Source of the DNA: Pyrinomonadaceae bacterium
GTDB taxonomy: Bacteria; Acidobacteriota; Blastocatellia; Pyrinomonadales; Pyrinomonadaceae
NCBI GenBank assembly: GCA_050998795.1
Contig: JBPCPU010000079.1
Span: forward strand, 3,257 to 67,256
Length of the DNA stretch: 64,000 bases
Reading direction: 5' to 3'
The notes below the pieces were generated by a model. The model was given only the letters and a program-made list of their open reading frames with translations, searched no databases and was not told where the DNA came from. Each line of letters begins with the position of its first letter. The first letter of the stretch is position 1. Of the stretch, positions 52,883 through 63,273 are shown in pieces. A program made the translations under genes and the position numbers.

Positions 52883-53716
52883 ATGACAGATTCTGAAAAA
52901 AATATCAGAGAAGAAATAGACGTTATAAAGTGGCGGGATAGATTTGCCTTTGAGTGTGGCGGAATAAAAGTCGGTGTTAAAATAAATGATTTAAATGTTA
53001 AGTCGAAATTAAAAAAGGTTTTACCCGTTGCCAGTCGGGAAATTGATTTTGGCGAGGCTGATGAAATTTTAATGCTCGTGGTCGGGGAGAACAGACGGGT
53101 CAACGGATTATATTATAAATATGAACTGATACATCAATTCGATGATTGCAATGACGCGCTTTTGAATTTAATCGGCGATAAAATACTAATGTTTTTGGCG
53201 TTAATATCCCTGCCTCGGATATTATACCTGCACGCCGGCGCCGTTAGTTGGAATAATACGGGAATTATTCTGCCGGGCGGTTCGTTCAGCGGCAAAACGA
53301 CGCTGGTTAAAGAATTTATCAAAGCCGGCGCCGATTATATTACCGACGATTTGACGTTGTTAGATATTCGAGGGAATATACTGCCATTCCCGCGCGCTCT
53401 GGCAATCAGGACAAAAAGAGGCAGAGAAATTAAAACGGCTGATTGTTTCGGGGCGAAAACGGTTGCGGAGAATGTCAAACTCAAACTGATTCTTTTCACC
53501 GAGTTTGAAGAGAATGCGCGTTGGAAGCCGGAAATTTTACCGCCCGGACAAGCAGTTCTGAGGTTGATGAACAATTTCTATTATAAACCGTCGGTCAGAG
53601 AAGCGCCGATGCAAATCCTCAGGACTTTAGCCGGAATTACGGACGGAATAAAAATATATGCGGGCAAAAGAGGCAACGCTAAAAGTGTGATAAATTGGGT
53701 GGTGAAAAACTTTTAA
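52883..53716 (+). CDS. HPr kinase-like P-loop kinase (HprK-related kinase)
   Basis: 277 aa. LHAGAVSWNNTGIILPGGSFSGKTTLVKEFIKAGADYITDDLTLLD matches the HprK C-terminal domain pattern (H-x-G-x-V...G-x-S-G-x-GK-S/T...DD). Confidence 0.7.
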   Translation: MTDSEKNIREEIDVIKWRDRFAFECGGIKVGVKINDLNVKSKLKKVLPVASREIDFGEADEILMLVVGENRRVNGLYYKYELIHQFDDCNDALLNLIGDKILMFLALISLPRILYLHAGAVSWNNTGIILPGGSFSGKTTLVKEFIKAGADYITDDLTLLDIRGNILPFPRALAIRTKRGREIKTADCFGAKTVAENVKLKLILFTEFEENARWKPEILPPGQAVLRLMNNFYYKPSVREAPMQILRTLAGITDGIKIYAGKRGNAKSVINWVVKNF

Positions 53717-53732
53717 TTTCCGGCAGGAATAT

Positions 53733-54722
53733 TTGATGAACCAGGCGGACGATAATTTTTTTCAAAATACTGCAGCCAACCGTGTCGGCACAGTCCGGGC
53801 GTCGGCTGAAATTTATCAAATGCTCATGTTTAAGGTATATGAGAAAAAGCTCCAAAATATATGGAAGCATTTTGAAGACAGTCAAATCGAGCCGATTTTG
53901 ATAAAAGGCTGGTCTGCCGCGATTAATTATCCGCAGCCTTTCCTGCGTCAACTGGGAGATTTTGATTTGGCGGTAAATCCCAATTGTTTCGACAAAGCAG
54001 AGAAATTACAGAAGCATTCGGACTTGCGCGAAGTTGATTTACATAAAGGATTAAGGCATCTGGATACGGTCGGTTGGGATGATTTGGCGAAGAATTCGGT
54101 TTTGGTAAAATGCGGCGAAGTTAGTATTAGAGTTTTAAGACCGGAAGATCATTTACGTGTCTTGTGCGTGCATTGGTTGAACGACGGCGGTAGAGAAAAG
54201 GAAAAATTGTGGGATATTTTTTATGCGGTCAAAAGCCGCCCCGCCGATTTTGATTGGGAGAGGTGTTTGGGAGTTGTCAGCGAAAGGCGAAAAAAATGGA
54301 TAATTTACGCCATCGGGCTGACTCACAGGTATTTCGGACTGGAGATTGAAGATAATCCGGTTGCTCAAGCGGCAAAAAAATTGCCTCGATGGTTAATAAA
54401 AGCAGTCGAAAATGAATGGAATAATCCGGTTGAATTTAAATATCTGCAAACATGTCTGCGGAACAGAAAAGAATTTTTCAAACAATTACGAAAAAGATTT
54501 CCTCCCAATCCAATCCAGGCAACCATTGAGATGGAAGGTGATCTGGATAGCCATAAAAGAATTTTTTATCAAATTGGCGACTTTTTCTTGAGATTTCTGC
54601 CTTCAGTGCGAAGAATCTTAAAAGTTGCCGCTAATAATGGAAAATGGAAAATGGAAAATGAAAACAATGGAAAATGGATAGTATTTTATCTTTCACATTA
54701 TCCATTATCCATTATCCGTTGA
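53733..54722 (+). CDS. Uncharacterised nucleotidyltransferase family protein (PF14907-like)
   Basis: 329 aa. ILIKGWSAAINYPQPFLRQLGDFDLAVNP matches the K-G...Y...R...GD-x-D-L pattern of that family. The last roughly 30 residues (NNGKWKMENENNGKWIVFYLSHYPLSIIR) are read from the repeat element at 54633-54746. Confidence 0.6.
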   Translation: MMNQADDNFFQNTAANRVGTVRASAEIYQMLMFKVYEKKLQNIWKHFEDSQIEPILIKGWSAAINYPQPFLRQLGDFDLAVNPNCFDKAEKLQKHSDLREVDLHKGLRHLDTVGWDDLAKNSVLVKCGEVSIRVLRPEDHLRVLCVHWLNDGGREKEKLWDIFYAVKSRPADFDWERCLGVVSERRKKWIIYAIGLTHRYFGLEIEDNPVAQAAKKLPRWLIKAVENEWNNPVEFKYLQTCLRNRKEFFKQLRKRFPPNPIQATIEMEGDLDSHKRIFYQIGDFFLRFLPSVRRILKVAANNGKWKMENENNGKWIVFYLSHYPLSIIR

Positions 54723-54746
54723 TTTCATTTATCCGTTGATTTCATT
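54633..54746. repeat. Heptamer-repeat hairpin (aaaatgg / ttatcca) plus 17-nt direct duplication
   Basis: The left arm is aataatggaaaatggaaaatggaaaatgaaaacaatggaaaatggatag and the right arm is ttatccattatccattatccgttgatttcatt tatccgttgatttcatt. It overlaps the 3' end of the nucleotidyltransferase CDS. Confidence 0.8.
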
Positions 54747-54755
54747 GTAAATTAA

Positions 54756-55454
54756 ATGAAGAAAAAAATCACGCTTGCAATAGAGACGGCAGTGCGGGGC
54801 GGAAGTCTGTCTATTTTAGAAGGTGAAAAGGAAATTGATTATTGGATTGGAGAGACGGGGATTTCTAAAGTTGAAGATATTTTGGAACAAATACTTCGAC
54901 TTATAAAAGTCAATCGAATTGAAAAAAAGGAAATTGATTTGATCGCCGTTTCCAGAGGACCGGGAAGTTTTACCGGCGCAAGAATTGGTTTAGCGACCGC
55001 ATTAGGCTTGAAAACGGCTTGGAATTGCGAAATTGTCGGTGTTTCGGTATTTGAAGCAATGTTGTTAAAGGCAAAAAAAAACGGTCGCGTGATAACGGCA
55101 ATTCCGGTCGGCAGAAAACAAATATCCTGGCAGCTTTTTGATAATGAAAATCCGCCGGGAAAAGCGCAAAATGCCACTCCCGCGTCTGGTACTATTTCAA
55201 TATTCTTAAAATCCCTGACTACTGATAAATCTGCAAGTTTTATTTTACAGGGCGGTCTACATCAAATTGTCTTAGATGAAGACCGGAGTATTGAAGAAAG
55301 CCGAATAGAATTTGTAAATAATAAAATTGCGACTCTTATCGGGTTAAACGGTCAAATTGAAAACCGTTTTAAAAAGTGTCAAAGAAACAATTCTGAAAAG
55401 CGCAGATTTACGTCTGATAATATAAAAGTTATTTACCCCACCGGCAAATTATAG
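54756..55454 (+). CDS. tsaB: tRNA t6A biosynthesis protein TsaB (YeaZ family)
   Basis: 232 aa with LAIETAVRGGSLSIL and IAVSRGPGSFTGARIGLATALGL. Confidence 0.8.
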   Translation: MKKKITLAIETAVRGGSLSILEGEKEIDYWIGETGISKVEDILEQILRLIKVNRIEKKEIDLIAVSRGPGSFTGARIGLATALGLKTAWNCEIVGVSVFEAMLLKAKKNGRVITAIPVGRKQISWQLFDNENPPGKAQNATPASGTISIFLKSLTTDKSASFILQGGLHQIVLDEDRSIEESRIEFVNNKIATLIGLNGQIENRFKKCQRNNSEKRRFTSDNIKVIYPTGKL

Positions 55455-55474
55455 CAAATTAAATCGAGGTTGAT

Positions 55475-55990
55475 TTGGTTTCCCCATTTAGCATTGAAAT
55501 AATTAAAGAAGTGGATATTAGCGACATTATAGAAATACAAACCGAATGTCGTCTTAGTCCGTGGAGTTATCAGGACTATCAAGATGAGATTCTACGTCGA
55601 GATTCGGCATCATTTACAGCTAAAAACAAACAAACAGTAATAGGATTTATAATTGCGCGTCTGATAATCCCAGAGAATTATAACAATTATAACAACAGTT
55701 TTCTTAAACTTGAAGCAGAAATCTATAATTTAGCCGTGAAACCAAACTTTCAACAGAAGGGGATTGGAAATCTGTTACTCCGACAATTCATACAAAAAGC
55801 GAAAGAAAATCAGGTAAATTCAATTTGGCTGGAAGTCAGAGAGTCAAACCAAACTGCCTTAAGTTTTTATAAAAATAATAAGTTTAAGGAAATCTATAAA
55901 AGAAAAAATTTTTACAGTCATCCGCCGGAAAATGCAACTGTAATGAAGTTGGATATTTCCAAACCTGAATTTGAAATCAAGGATAAGTAG
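55475..55990 (+). CDS. rimI: GNAT acetyltransferase, RimI-like (ribosomal-protein-alanine N-acetyltransferase)
   Basis: 171 aa with a TTG start. IYNLAVKPNFQQKGIGNLLL is the Q/RxxGxG/A acetyl-CoA motif, followed by WLEVRESNQTALSFYKNNKF. Its position after tsaB matches the common tsaB-rimI arrangement. Confidence 0.7.
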   Translation: MVSPFSIEIIKEVDISDIIEIQTECRLSPWSYQDYQDEILRRDSASFTAKNKQTVIGFIIARLIIPENYNNYNNSFLKLEAEIYNLAVKPNFQQKGIGNLLLRQFIQKAKENQVNSIWLEVRESNQTALSFYKNNKFKEIYKRKNFYSHPPENATVMKLDISKPEFEIKDK

Positions 55991-55999
55991 AAATAATTT

Positions 56000-56071
56000 A
56001 AAAAAATAAAAAAAATAAAAAAAATAAAAAAAGGGGAAAAAAGGGGAAAAAAGAGAAAAAAGAGAAAAAAA
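56000..56071. repeat. Composite A-rich tandem repeats (aaaaaaat x3, aaaaaagggg x2, aaaaaagag x2)
   Basis: Read directly: aaaaaaataaaaaaaataaaaaaaataaaaaaaggggaaaaaaggggaaaaaagagaaaaaagagaaaaaaa. Confidence 0.85.
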
Positions 56072-56214
56072 CTGGAAACTTGATTCAACTGAATTTGTGA
56101 TATAACATCTTATTTATGGCTGACAGAATTAGAACAATAGCTGGAAATCAGGTCTACAATCCGGTTTTATTTTGTCGCGCCGGAGATCATCAAATGAGAA
56201 GGAGAAAATAAACT

Positions 56215-56448
56215 ATGGACATATCAACGGTAGATACAGTAAAGAAAGAATTAATTAAAGAAAATCAGGTATTTAGAGATTTAGTACAGCAACACCATAA
56301 CTTTGAAAAAAGATTAACCGAATTAGCCGAGTTAACTTATCCGAACGATGAAGAATTATTAGAAGAAACAACCTTAAAAAAGAAAAAACTCCTAATAAAA
56401 GACGAGATATATGCAATGATGCAGGAACATTCCGCACAACGAGTCTGA
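56215..56448 (+). CDS. DUF465 (YdcH-like) small coiled-coil protein
   Basis: 77 aa. LIKENQVFRDLVQQHHNFEKRLTEL...LKKKKLLIKDEI is typical of the family. The Shine-Dalgarno sequence is strong (GAAGGAG). Confidence 0.65.
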   Translation: MDISTVDTVKKELIKENQVFRDLVQQHHNFEKRLTELAELTYPNDEELLEETTLKKKKLLIKDEIYAMMQEHSAQRV

Positions 56449-56463
56449 AATAAAAACAGCAAC

Positions 56464-56496
56464 AAAAGCAGGATAAATTTTTATCCTGCTTTTTTA
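56464..56496. terminator. Bidirectional rho-independent terminator between convergent genes
   Basis: The stem is aaaagcaggataa / ttatcctgctttt, flanked by an A-run and a T-run. Confidence 0.7.
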
Positions 56497-57735
56497 ACTA
56501 ACCCGACAATTATTATTCAAAACAGTAAAAGCAACCAGACCCTTGAGAGTCGAAAAAACGACCAAATTGCCGATAATAGCCGGACGCAGGGTAAAATAGT
56601 TGTCATCAGATAAGTATATTTGGTTAACCAACTTTCCGTCAGCCAAATCTAATACGCTTGCCCTGAAACTAGCCAGAGTTGTTATTATCGCATAATTATT
56701 GATAATAGAAGGCGCGGCAGATATTCTTCCCTCCAATCTTCTTTTCCATAATCTCTTACCACTCTTTAAGGAAACCAAGTAAATAAAATTATCAAAAGAG
56801 GTAATTAAAAGACCCTGAACCGTGTAATTTATATTGGAAATTTCCGCTCCGCCACGAATCTTCCAGATAGTTTTTTTGGTTAAAATATCCGTTGCAAAAA
56901 TTTCTCCTTTTTTATCACCCCAAACTAATACTTTCTCATCGGAGAAAAAAATTGCGGTGAGAGGTATCGCTATTTTCATCTGAAAAATAGTCTGTCCGGT
57001 TTCCAACGAAATTAAAAATATGTTGTCCGGCGCAGTTGCAACTAACAATCTGTCCTGTAAATAAAAAGAGGAAGATGAGTTTTTATTATTTGTATTATTT
57101 GTATTAAGTGATCTATTCCAGATTATTCCGCCATCCGTGTTGCTGACGGCAGTTATATCTCCATTCTCTCCGGTCAGGACGATTTTATGACCATCACTGA
57201 GCAGAAATATCTTCCGGTTTACGCTCAAAGACTTTGTATCCAAAGTAATTTGCCAGTTTGTCAGACCGGTTATTTTACTCAATGACCAAAGTTTTAGAAT
57301 GTTTTGTGTTAATTGTCCGGCATTAGGCAGGTTCTCCATTTTTGCCGCACTTGAGTCCGCTTTAATTATATCGAGATTTACAAAAGATTTTGTTACCACA
57401 TAGATATTTTTATTTTCTCTATCCAAAATAGGCGGTGAAATAATTTCGCCACCTAAATCCGTATCCCAAATTTTTTCACCACCTTTTGCCGTGAGAGCAA
57501 ATAATCTTCCACCTGTAACGGGTAAAAATAAGATAGATTCCTTATCAGACGCGATGTTATTGTCCGTCATCTTTACGGTTTGAAATTGCCAGCATTGTTT
57601 GAAGGGAAGTAAGAGAAATGAAGATTCGGAATTAGCTTGCGCGACGACCGGATCACAAAAAAAATTTCCAAGTAGGAAAAGTAATATGACAGACATTGAA
57701 AAATTCAATGTGAGGTTTTGATGATTACAATTCAT
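56494..57735 (-). CDS. Secreted PQQ-like beta-propeller repeat protein (BamB-like fold)
   Basis: 413 aa with a signal peptide ending VVAQA. Repeated G-x-hydrophobic-W propeller blades are present (GGEKIWDTDLGG, GGIIWNRSL, TKKTIWKIRGG, SGKRLWKRRLEG). Confidence 0.55.
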   Translation of the reverse strand: MNCNHQNLTLNFSMSVILLFLLGNFFCDPVVAQANSESSFLLLPFKQCWQFQTVKMTDNNIASDKESILFLPVTGGRLFALTAKGGEKIWDTDLGGEIISPPILDRENKNIYVVTKSFVNLDIIKADSSAAKMENLPNAGQLTQNILKLWSLSKITGLTNWQITLDTKSLSVNRKIFLLSDGHKIVLTGENGDITAVSNTDGGIIWNRSLNTNNTNNKNSSSSFYLQDRLLVATAPDNIFLISLETGQTIFQMKIAIPLTAIFFSDEKVLVWGDKKGEIFATDILTKKTIWKIRGGAEISNINYTVQGLLITSFDNFIYLVSLKSGKRLWKRRLEGRISAAPSIINNYAIITTLASFRASVLDLADGKLVNQIYLSDDNYFTLRPAIIGNLVVFSTLKGLVAFTVLNNNCRVS

Positions 57736-57943
57736 TTCATTATTAAAATCATTATTAAAATTATAAAAAAATTATAAAAAAATTATCGGGCAATCTGATT
57801 TAATGTCTGCTTTTATGGTATTATAGTCAAATAAAAAAACTAACCATTATTACTTGACGGCAATAGATGGATGAGAGTAACATCCGAAAAAGTTTGCTGA
57901 AAAGTAATTTGAAAAACTACAAATTGGAGAAAGAAAATAGAAG

Positions 57944-58393
57944 ATGTCTTTTAATAAAATTACAATAATAGGAAATTTAGGACGTGATCCCGAACTCCGT
58001 TATACCCCGCAAGGCGATGCCGTCTGCGATTTTTCCGTCGCGGTCAACGACCGGAAACGCGACAAAGCCGGAGAATGGCAGGATAATACAACCTGGTTTA
58101 AAGTTACATTCTGGCGCAAACAAGCCGAAAACGCTTCAAAATATCTGACCAAAGGACGACAGGTCTATGTCGAAGGTCGCCTGCAAGTTGAAGAATGGAC
58201 TGATCGTGACAGCAACAATCGCTATTCTCTGGTTATACAAGGGTCAGAACTACAATTCCTCGGCGAAAAAGGCAGCGAGGAACCGTCTTCAAATACCAAC
58301 ACTTCTTCAACTAATAATTTTGATGATAACGCCGGTGATTTAAGCGGAAACGAAAGTTCATCCGCCCCAACCGATGACGATATTCCGTTTTGA
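57944..58393 (+). CDS. ssb: Single-stranded DNA-binding protein
   Basis: MSFNKITIIGNLGRDPELRYTPQGDAVCDFSVAVN...TWFKVTFWRKQAE, followed by an acidic tail ending DDDIPF. Confidence 0.9.
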   Translation: MSFNKITIIGNLGRDPELRYTPQGDAVCDFSVAVNDRKRDKAGEWQDNTTWFKVTFWRKQAENASKYLTKGRQVYVEGRLQVEEWTDRDSNNRYSLVIQGSELQFLGEKGSEEPSSNTNTSSTNNFDDNAGDLSGNESSSAPTDDDIPF

Positions 58394-58823
58394 GTTCCAC
58401 CCGATTTCCCCGACACCTAAATGGCAAAAATGTTAAAGCGGGTGAATCAGGTCCGTTTTATCGGTCCTCACCCGCAAAACAAAAACTGCAAATAAAAGGT
58501 CTAAAAAGGTCTAAAAAAGTAGTGCGGCTGACTTCCGCGTTACTAATGAGCCTTTTCTCTTTTTCCTGCTCTCCGGCTTTTTACTTGGAAGTTGTTTGAA
58601 AACTCTAAAGCCGATGAATAAAAGCAAAATATTTGTCTGCGAAACACACCACAAGGACTAAAAGTATAACCAAAAAAATTTTCGTGACTTTGCGTTTTTA
58701 GCGGGCAAATTCCGACTTTTCAAACAGTTTCTCAGGAAATAATTACAAATCAAACCGTCTTAGATCCATCACCGTCGGTTAAAATCGGACTTCTTTCGGA
58801 CTTCTTAAAGAATTTATGTTTCT

Positions 58824-59726
58824 TCAAGAAACCCAATTACCCATTTTTCTAAATTTCTGAAAACGTAATTCCAGTCTTTTTGCGGCATCTAAACTATTTA
58901 ATTCTTTTAAGTTGCACAGCAAAATTGCCTTCAAATTACCGGCTATTTTTTTATAGGACTCCTGAAATTCGGAATCTTCATCCGAACTGAACTTCCAATC
59001 GGTAAACTCCGGTACAATTTCATCTATCAATCCAAATTCAATTAAATTATCCGCCGTCAGGCGCAAACATTCAGCCGCCCGTTTCGCTTGTGCGGCATCC
59101 TTCCATAAAATTGCCGCGCAGCCTTCCGGCGTAATGACCGAATAGACGGCATTTTCAAGCATCAGAACCCGGTCGCCGACACCGATCGCCAAAGCTCCGC
59201 CCGAACCGCCTTCGCCCAAAATGACGACGATTATCGGGACCTTTAAGTTCGCCATGTCGCACAAATTGCGTGCAATGGCTTCCGCTTGACCACGCTCTTC
59301 GGCATCAATGCCCGGATAAGCTCCCGACGTATCAACAAAGGTTATTATCGGTCTGTTAAATTTTTCCGCCAATTTCATTACTCGTAAGGCTTTTCGGTAG
59401 CCTTCGGGCTTCGCCATGCCGAAATTCCGAAATCGTCTCTGTTTGGTATCCCGTCCTTTTTGCTGACCCAGGACGGCTACTTCATATTCATTAAGTTTGG
59501 CAAATCCGCAAACCATCGCCGCATCATCGGCATATCGGCGGTCTCCGTGTATTTCCACAAAATCCGTAAAAATCGTTGTGAGCAAATCCATCGTATGCGG
59601 TCTTTCGGGATGTCTTGCCATTTGCACCCGTTCAAACGCATCTCTGATCTTTTTTTCTTTGACATTTTCTTTTCTATCTACTTTCATATTTTTCAGTTCC
59701 AAGCCTCTTTTATAATACCCATCCAA
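58824..59726 (-). CDS. accA: Acetyl-CoA carboxylase carboxyltransferase alpha subunit
   Basis: [66 protein letters not shown] and [10 protein letters not shown] are present. Its start overlaps the dnaE 3' end by 17 nt. The N-terminus is somewhat short for the family. Confidence 0.85.
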   Translation of the reverse strand: MDGYYKRGLELKNMKVDRKENVKEKKIRDAFERVQMARHPERPHTMDLLTTIFTDFVEIHGDRRYADDAAMVCGFAKLNEYEVAVLGQQKGRDTKQRRFRNFGMAKPEGYRKALRVMKLAEKFNRPIITFVDTSGAYPGIDAEERGQAEAIARNLCDMANLKVPIIVVILGEGGSGGALAIGVGDRVLMLENAVYSVITPEGCAAILWKDAAQAKRAAECLRLTADNLIEFGLIDEIVPEFTDWKFSSDEDSEFQESYKKIAGNLKAILLCNLKELNSLDAAKRLELRFQKFRKMGNWVS

Positions 59727-62700
59727 CCTGACAACCTTTCTGTTTCAAATCATTCTCCAAACGACTTGAGCCTTGAATCCGCAATGGTTGTGAATGAACT
59801 TTGAGAAGAATATCTTCACCAAGACGGAAACTTAGATAAACTTCGCAGTTTCCCTTATTTTTGCTCAAAACGGTAAATATATCTTCAAGATATTTTTCAT
59901 CAATATTTTTGCCGGGAAGTATAATTGAGATATTCTGCGCTTGATGCGTAATCGCATCGGCAATTTTTTTTGCTTCTTCCAAAATTAAGGTTACTTCCTG
60001 CCCTTCGGTTGATTCGACTTTGCCGTTAACAATCAAAAGTTCATCATCTTTCAAACAATCGGCATATTTAGCGGCGGCTCCCGACCACGCCAGACATTTT
60101 ACGCCGATTGACTGGTCTTCGAGCCGAAAAATACAAAAACGATTGCCTTTCTTACTGTGCTTTATCTGCAAACCCGAAACAATTCCGGCAATGATTATTT
60201 TATCGCCCGACTTGATATCTTCATAGTCGGCAATATTCAATATCTTTAAATCCGATAAAATTTGCCCGTATTCATCGAGCGGGTGCGTTGACAAATAAAA
60301 TCCGACCGATGCTTTTTCTTGTTTTGACAGTTCGGCTTGCGTCCACGCTTTAACCTCCGGCAATTCTATGTGTAAATTCGATTTCGATGTTTCCTGCACA
60401 CCAAAGAGGTCATCTTGCCCACGAATTTTATCCTGCCAAATCCTTTGTCCGTGTGAAAGGGAATTGTCAATAGCGGCAAAATGTTTTGCCCGCCAAAGAT
60501 TGACCGTCGAATCAGGCGGCATCAGCGAATCAAAAGCTCCCGCGGTAATTAAACTTTCCAACCCCCGGCGACTGATAGAGCCCTGGTCAAGTCGGGAAGT
60601 AAAACCATACAAAGATGTAAATTTTCCTTCTTTGCGCGCTTCGATAATTAGTTGAATGCTTGCCGCGCCGATTCCTTTGATCGCGCTCAGACCAAACCGC
60701 ACCGCATTATCGAGCGGCGTAAAATCAGCATCACTTTCGTTAATGTCGGGCGGAAGAAGTTTCAAACCGGAAGACCGCAGTTCGTTCGAATATTTGTATA
60801 TTTTTGTCGTGTCCTGCGCTTCGTTGGATAAAACAGCTGCATAAAAATAGGCGGCATAATGCGCTTTAAGATAAGCAGTCTGATATGCTAAATAAGCATA
60901 TGCAACACTATGACTGCGGTTAAATCCGTAATCGGCAAATTGCGCCATCAGACGAAAAACCTCTTCGGCTTTTTCCCGCCTTATATTCCGGGAAACCGCG
61001 CCTTCAATAAATTTTTCTTCGTGCAGCGCCATTTCCTCGCGCTTCTTTTTTCCCATTGCCCGCCGCATCAAATCCGCTTCGCCCAAGGTGTAGCCGGCAA
61101 GAACCTGTGCCAGCTGCATAATCTGTTCCTGATAGACGAGAATGCCGTAAGTATTGCTCAAAATGTCTTTCATTGGCGGCACGATATACTGCACTTTTTT
61201 CTCGCCGCGATGCCGCGCGATAAAATCATCAACCATTCCGCCATCGAGCGGTCCCGGGCGGTAAAGCGCGTTTAATGCCGCCAAATCTTCTAATTCTTTC
61301 GGTTTTAGGCGGCGGCAAATCTCCTGCATTCCCGATGATTCAAATTGAAAAATCGCTTCCGTTTTGCCATCGCCAAATAGTGCCATCGTCTTTTCATCGT
61401 CAAGCGGAATTCTGCTCCAGTCTATTTCAACATCATGCTTTTGCTTAATCGAATTTAAGCAATCGCTTATGATTGTTAAGGTGGTTAAAGCAAGAAAATC
61501 CATCTTAAGCATTCCTACCTTTTCGAGGTCGTTCATCGTATACTGGCTGGTCAATTCACCTTTCGCCGACAACGATATCGGAACTAATTCGTGGAGCGGT
61601 TTCGGAGAAATCACCACGCCCGCCGCGTGAACCGACGAATGACGCGCACAACCTTCGAGTCTTTTTGCCATGTCAATCAAATCCTTGACCTTGAGATCCG
61701 TTTCGACGGCTTTTCTCAAATCCACTACCTGTTCGAGAGCTTGAGAAATACTGATGTTGCGACCTCTGATCGGCGGCGGTATCAGTTTGGCAATTCTTTC
61801 GACATCGCCGTAAGGCATATTCAAAGCCCGTCCGACATCTTTAATCGCTGCTTTTGAGGCAAGCGTTCCAAACGTAATAATTTGGCAAACCGATTCGCGC
61901 CCGTAAAATTCGGTCACGTGATTAATTACATCGCCGCGCCCGCGCACACAAAAGTCAATATCAATATCCGGCATCGAAACTCTTTCGGGATTGAGAAAGC
62001 GTTCAAACAGTAAATCATATTGCAACGGGTCAATATCGGTAATTCCGAGACAATAAGCCACCAGCGACCCGGCAGCCGAACCGCGTCCGGGTCCGACGGG
62101 AATGCCTTTTTCTCTGGCGTAGCGGATAAATTCCCAGACAATCAAAAAATAGCCCGGAAATTCCATATTTTTGATGGTCGTAATTTCCCTTTTAATGCGC
62201 TCTTGATAATCACCGGGCGGGTATTTAAGTTTTCCGTCCGCCCGCATTGAATCCCAAACTTTATTTCGACGATTTTCAAAGCCTTCCATGACGACTCTTT
62301 CAAAGTATTCGTCGGTTGTTCGGCAGTCTGCATCAATCGGTATCGGAAAATTCGGCAGAGTGAGTTCGCTTTTTTCCGGAAACGCCACCTGACACATTTC
62401 CGCGATTTTTACAGTATTTTTTAACGCTTCAGGAAGTTCGCTCCCGAATATTTCCCACATTTCTTCGGAAGAACGCAGATAAAAGTTTTCGCTTTCCGCT
62501 TTTGTGCTTTCACTGATTGTTTTTTGTTCGCCGATTGCCAGCAGTATTTCGTGCGCCCGCGCATCTTCTTTAGTTAGGTAATGGGCGTCGTTAGTGGCGA
62601 CAAGTGGAATTTCAGTTTTTCGGGAAAGTTCGACCAGATGTCTGCGGATTTTTATTTCGTCCTTTAATCCGTGGTCTTGAATCTCTATAAAAAAATTACC

Positions 62701-63231
62701 CTTACCAAAAATTTCTTCAAAAAGTTTGGCGTTTTCAAAAGCCCTTTCGGTATTATCCTGTTTTAAAAAATGCCAGACCGCGCCGTCAAAACCGGCAGAC
62801 AAGCCAATCAGCCCGTTACTTTTCCCGGCTAAAAGCTCTAAATCTATCCGCGGTTTGTGATATAAGCCTTCGGTATATGCCTTCGACGCCAAATATGCCA
62901 AATTATAATAACCTTCCAAATCTTTGGCTAACAGAATCAAATTATAATATGGTCTTTCGCCGCTTTGCAGCCGGGATTCGCGGTCAAAACGGCTGCCGAA
63001 TGTGACAAACGCTTCGTAGCCCAAAATCGGGTTGATTTCATTGGCTTTCATATTATTATAAAATGAAATTGCGCCGAACATATTGCCGTAGTCGGTAATG
63101 GCGCAAGCCTTCATTTCCAATTCCGTCAAACGCCTGGTTAAGGGCTTGAGTTGGATTGCGCTCTGCAAAAGGCTATAATCAGAGTGTAAATGCAAATGGA
63201 CGAAATCTTTCGGTTTGTAATTTGAATTCAT
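59710..63231 (-). CDS. dnaE: DNA polymerase III alpha subunit
   Basis: 1173 aa. The PHP domain is [15 protein letters not shown]. Also present are [30 protein letters not shown], and the C-terminal OB fold. Confidence 0.95.
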   Translation of the reverse strand: MNSNYKPKDFVHLHLHSDYSLLQSAIQLKPLTRRLTELEMKACAITDYGNMFGAISFYNNMKANEINPILGYEAFVTFGSRFDRESRLQSGERPYYNLILLAKDLEGYYNLAYLASKAYTEGLYHKPRIDLELLAGKSNGLIGLSAGFDGAVWHFLKQDNTERAFENAKLFEEIFGKGNFFIEIQDHGLKDEIKIRRHLVELSRKTEIPLVATNDAHYLTKEDARAHEILLAIGEQKTISESTKAESENFYLRSSEEMWEIFGSELPEALKNTVKIAEMCQVAFPEKSELTLPNFPIPIDADCRTTDEYFERVVMEGFENRRNKVWDSMRADGKLKYPPGDYQERIKREITTIKNMEFPGYFLIVWEFIRYAREKGIPVGPGRGSAAGSLVAYCLGITDIDPLQYDLLFERFLNPERVSMPDIDIDFCVRGRGDVINHVTEFYGRESVCQIITFGTLASKAAIKDVGRALNMPYGDVERIAKLIPPPIRGRNISISQALEQVVDLRKAVETDLKVKDLIDMAKRLEGCARHSSVHAAGVVISPKPLHELVPISLSAKGELTSQYTMNDLEKVGMLKMDFLALTTLTIISDCLNSIKQKHDVEIDWSRIPLDDEKTMALFGDGKTEAIFQFESSGMQEICRRLKPKELEDLAALNALYRPGPLDGGMVDDFIARHRGEKKVQYIVPPMKDILSNTYGILVYQEQIMQLAQVLAGYTLGEADLMRRAMGKKKREEMALHEEKFIEGAVSRNIRREKAEEVFRLMAQFADYGFNRSHSVAYAYLAYQTAYLKAHYAAYFYAAVLSNEAQDTTKIYKYSNELRSSGLKLLPPDINESDADFTPLDNAVRFGLSAIKGIGAASIQLIIEARKEGKFTSLYGFTSRLDQGSISRRGLESLITAGAFDSLMPPDSTVNLWRAKHFAAIDNSLSHGQRIWQDKIRGQDDLFGVQETSKSNLHIELPEVKAWTQAELSKQEKASVGFYLSTHPLDEYGQILSDLKILNIADYEDIKSGDKIIIAGIVSGLQIKHSKKGNRFCIFRLEDQSIGVKCLAWSGAAAKYADCLKDDELLIVNGKVESTEGQEVTLILEEAKKIADAITHQAQNISIILPGKNIDEKYLEDIFTVLSKNKGNCEVYLSFRLGEDILLKVHSQPLRIQGSSRLENDLKQKGCQVGWVL

Positions 63232-63273
63232 AATTTTAGTTTCTTAACTTGCATCCGTTTTCCGACGACCTTA

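Noticed and set aside
58390-58599. 69-aa plus-strand ORF after ssb
   Set aside because: It overlaps the ssb stop, has no RBS, and gives a Lys/Ser-rich translation across a tandem 11-mer (aaaaggtctaa x2). It is probably a non-coding 3' region.
58394-58823. 430-nt gene-free gap between ssb and accA as a possible ncRNA locus
   Set aside because: I saw only a weak hairpin (gcgggtga...tcacccgc) and no recognisable conserved RNA motif. I cannot support a call without covariance-model searches.
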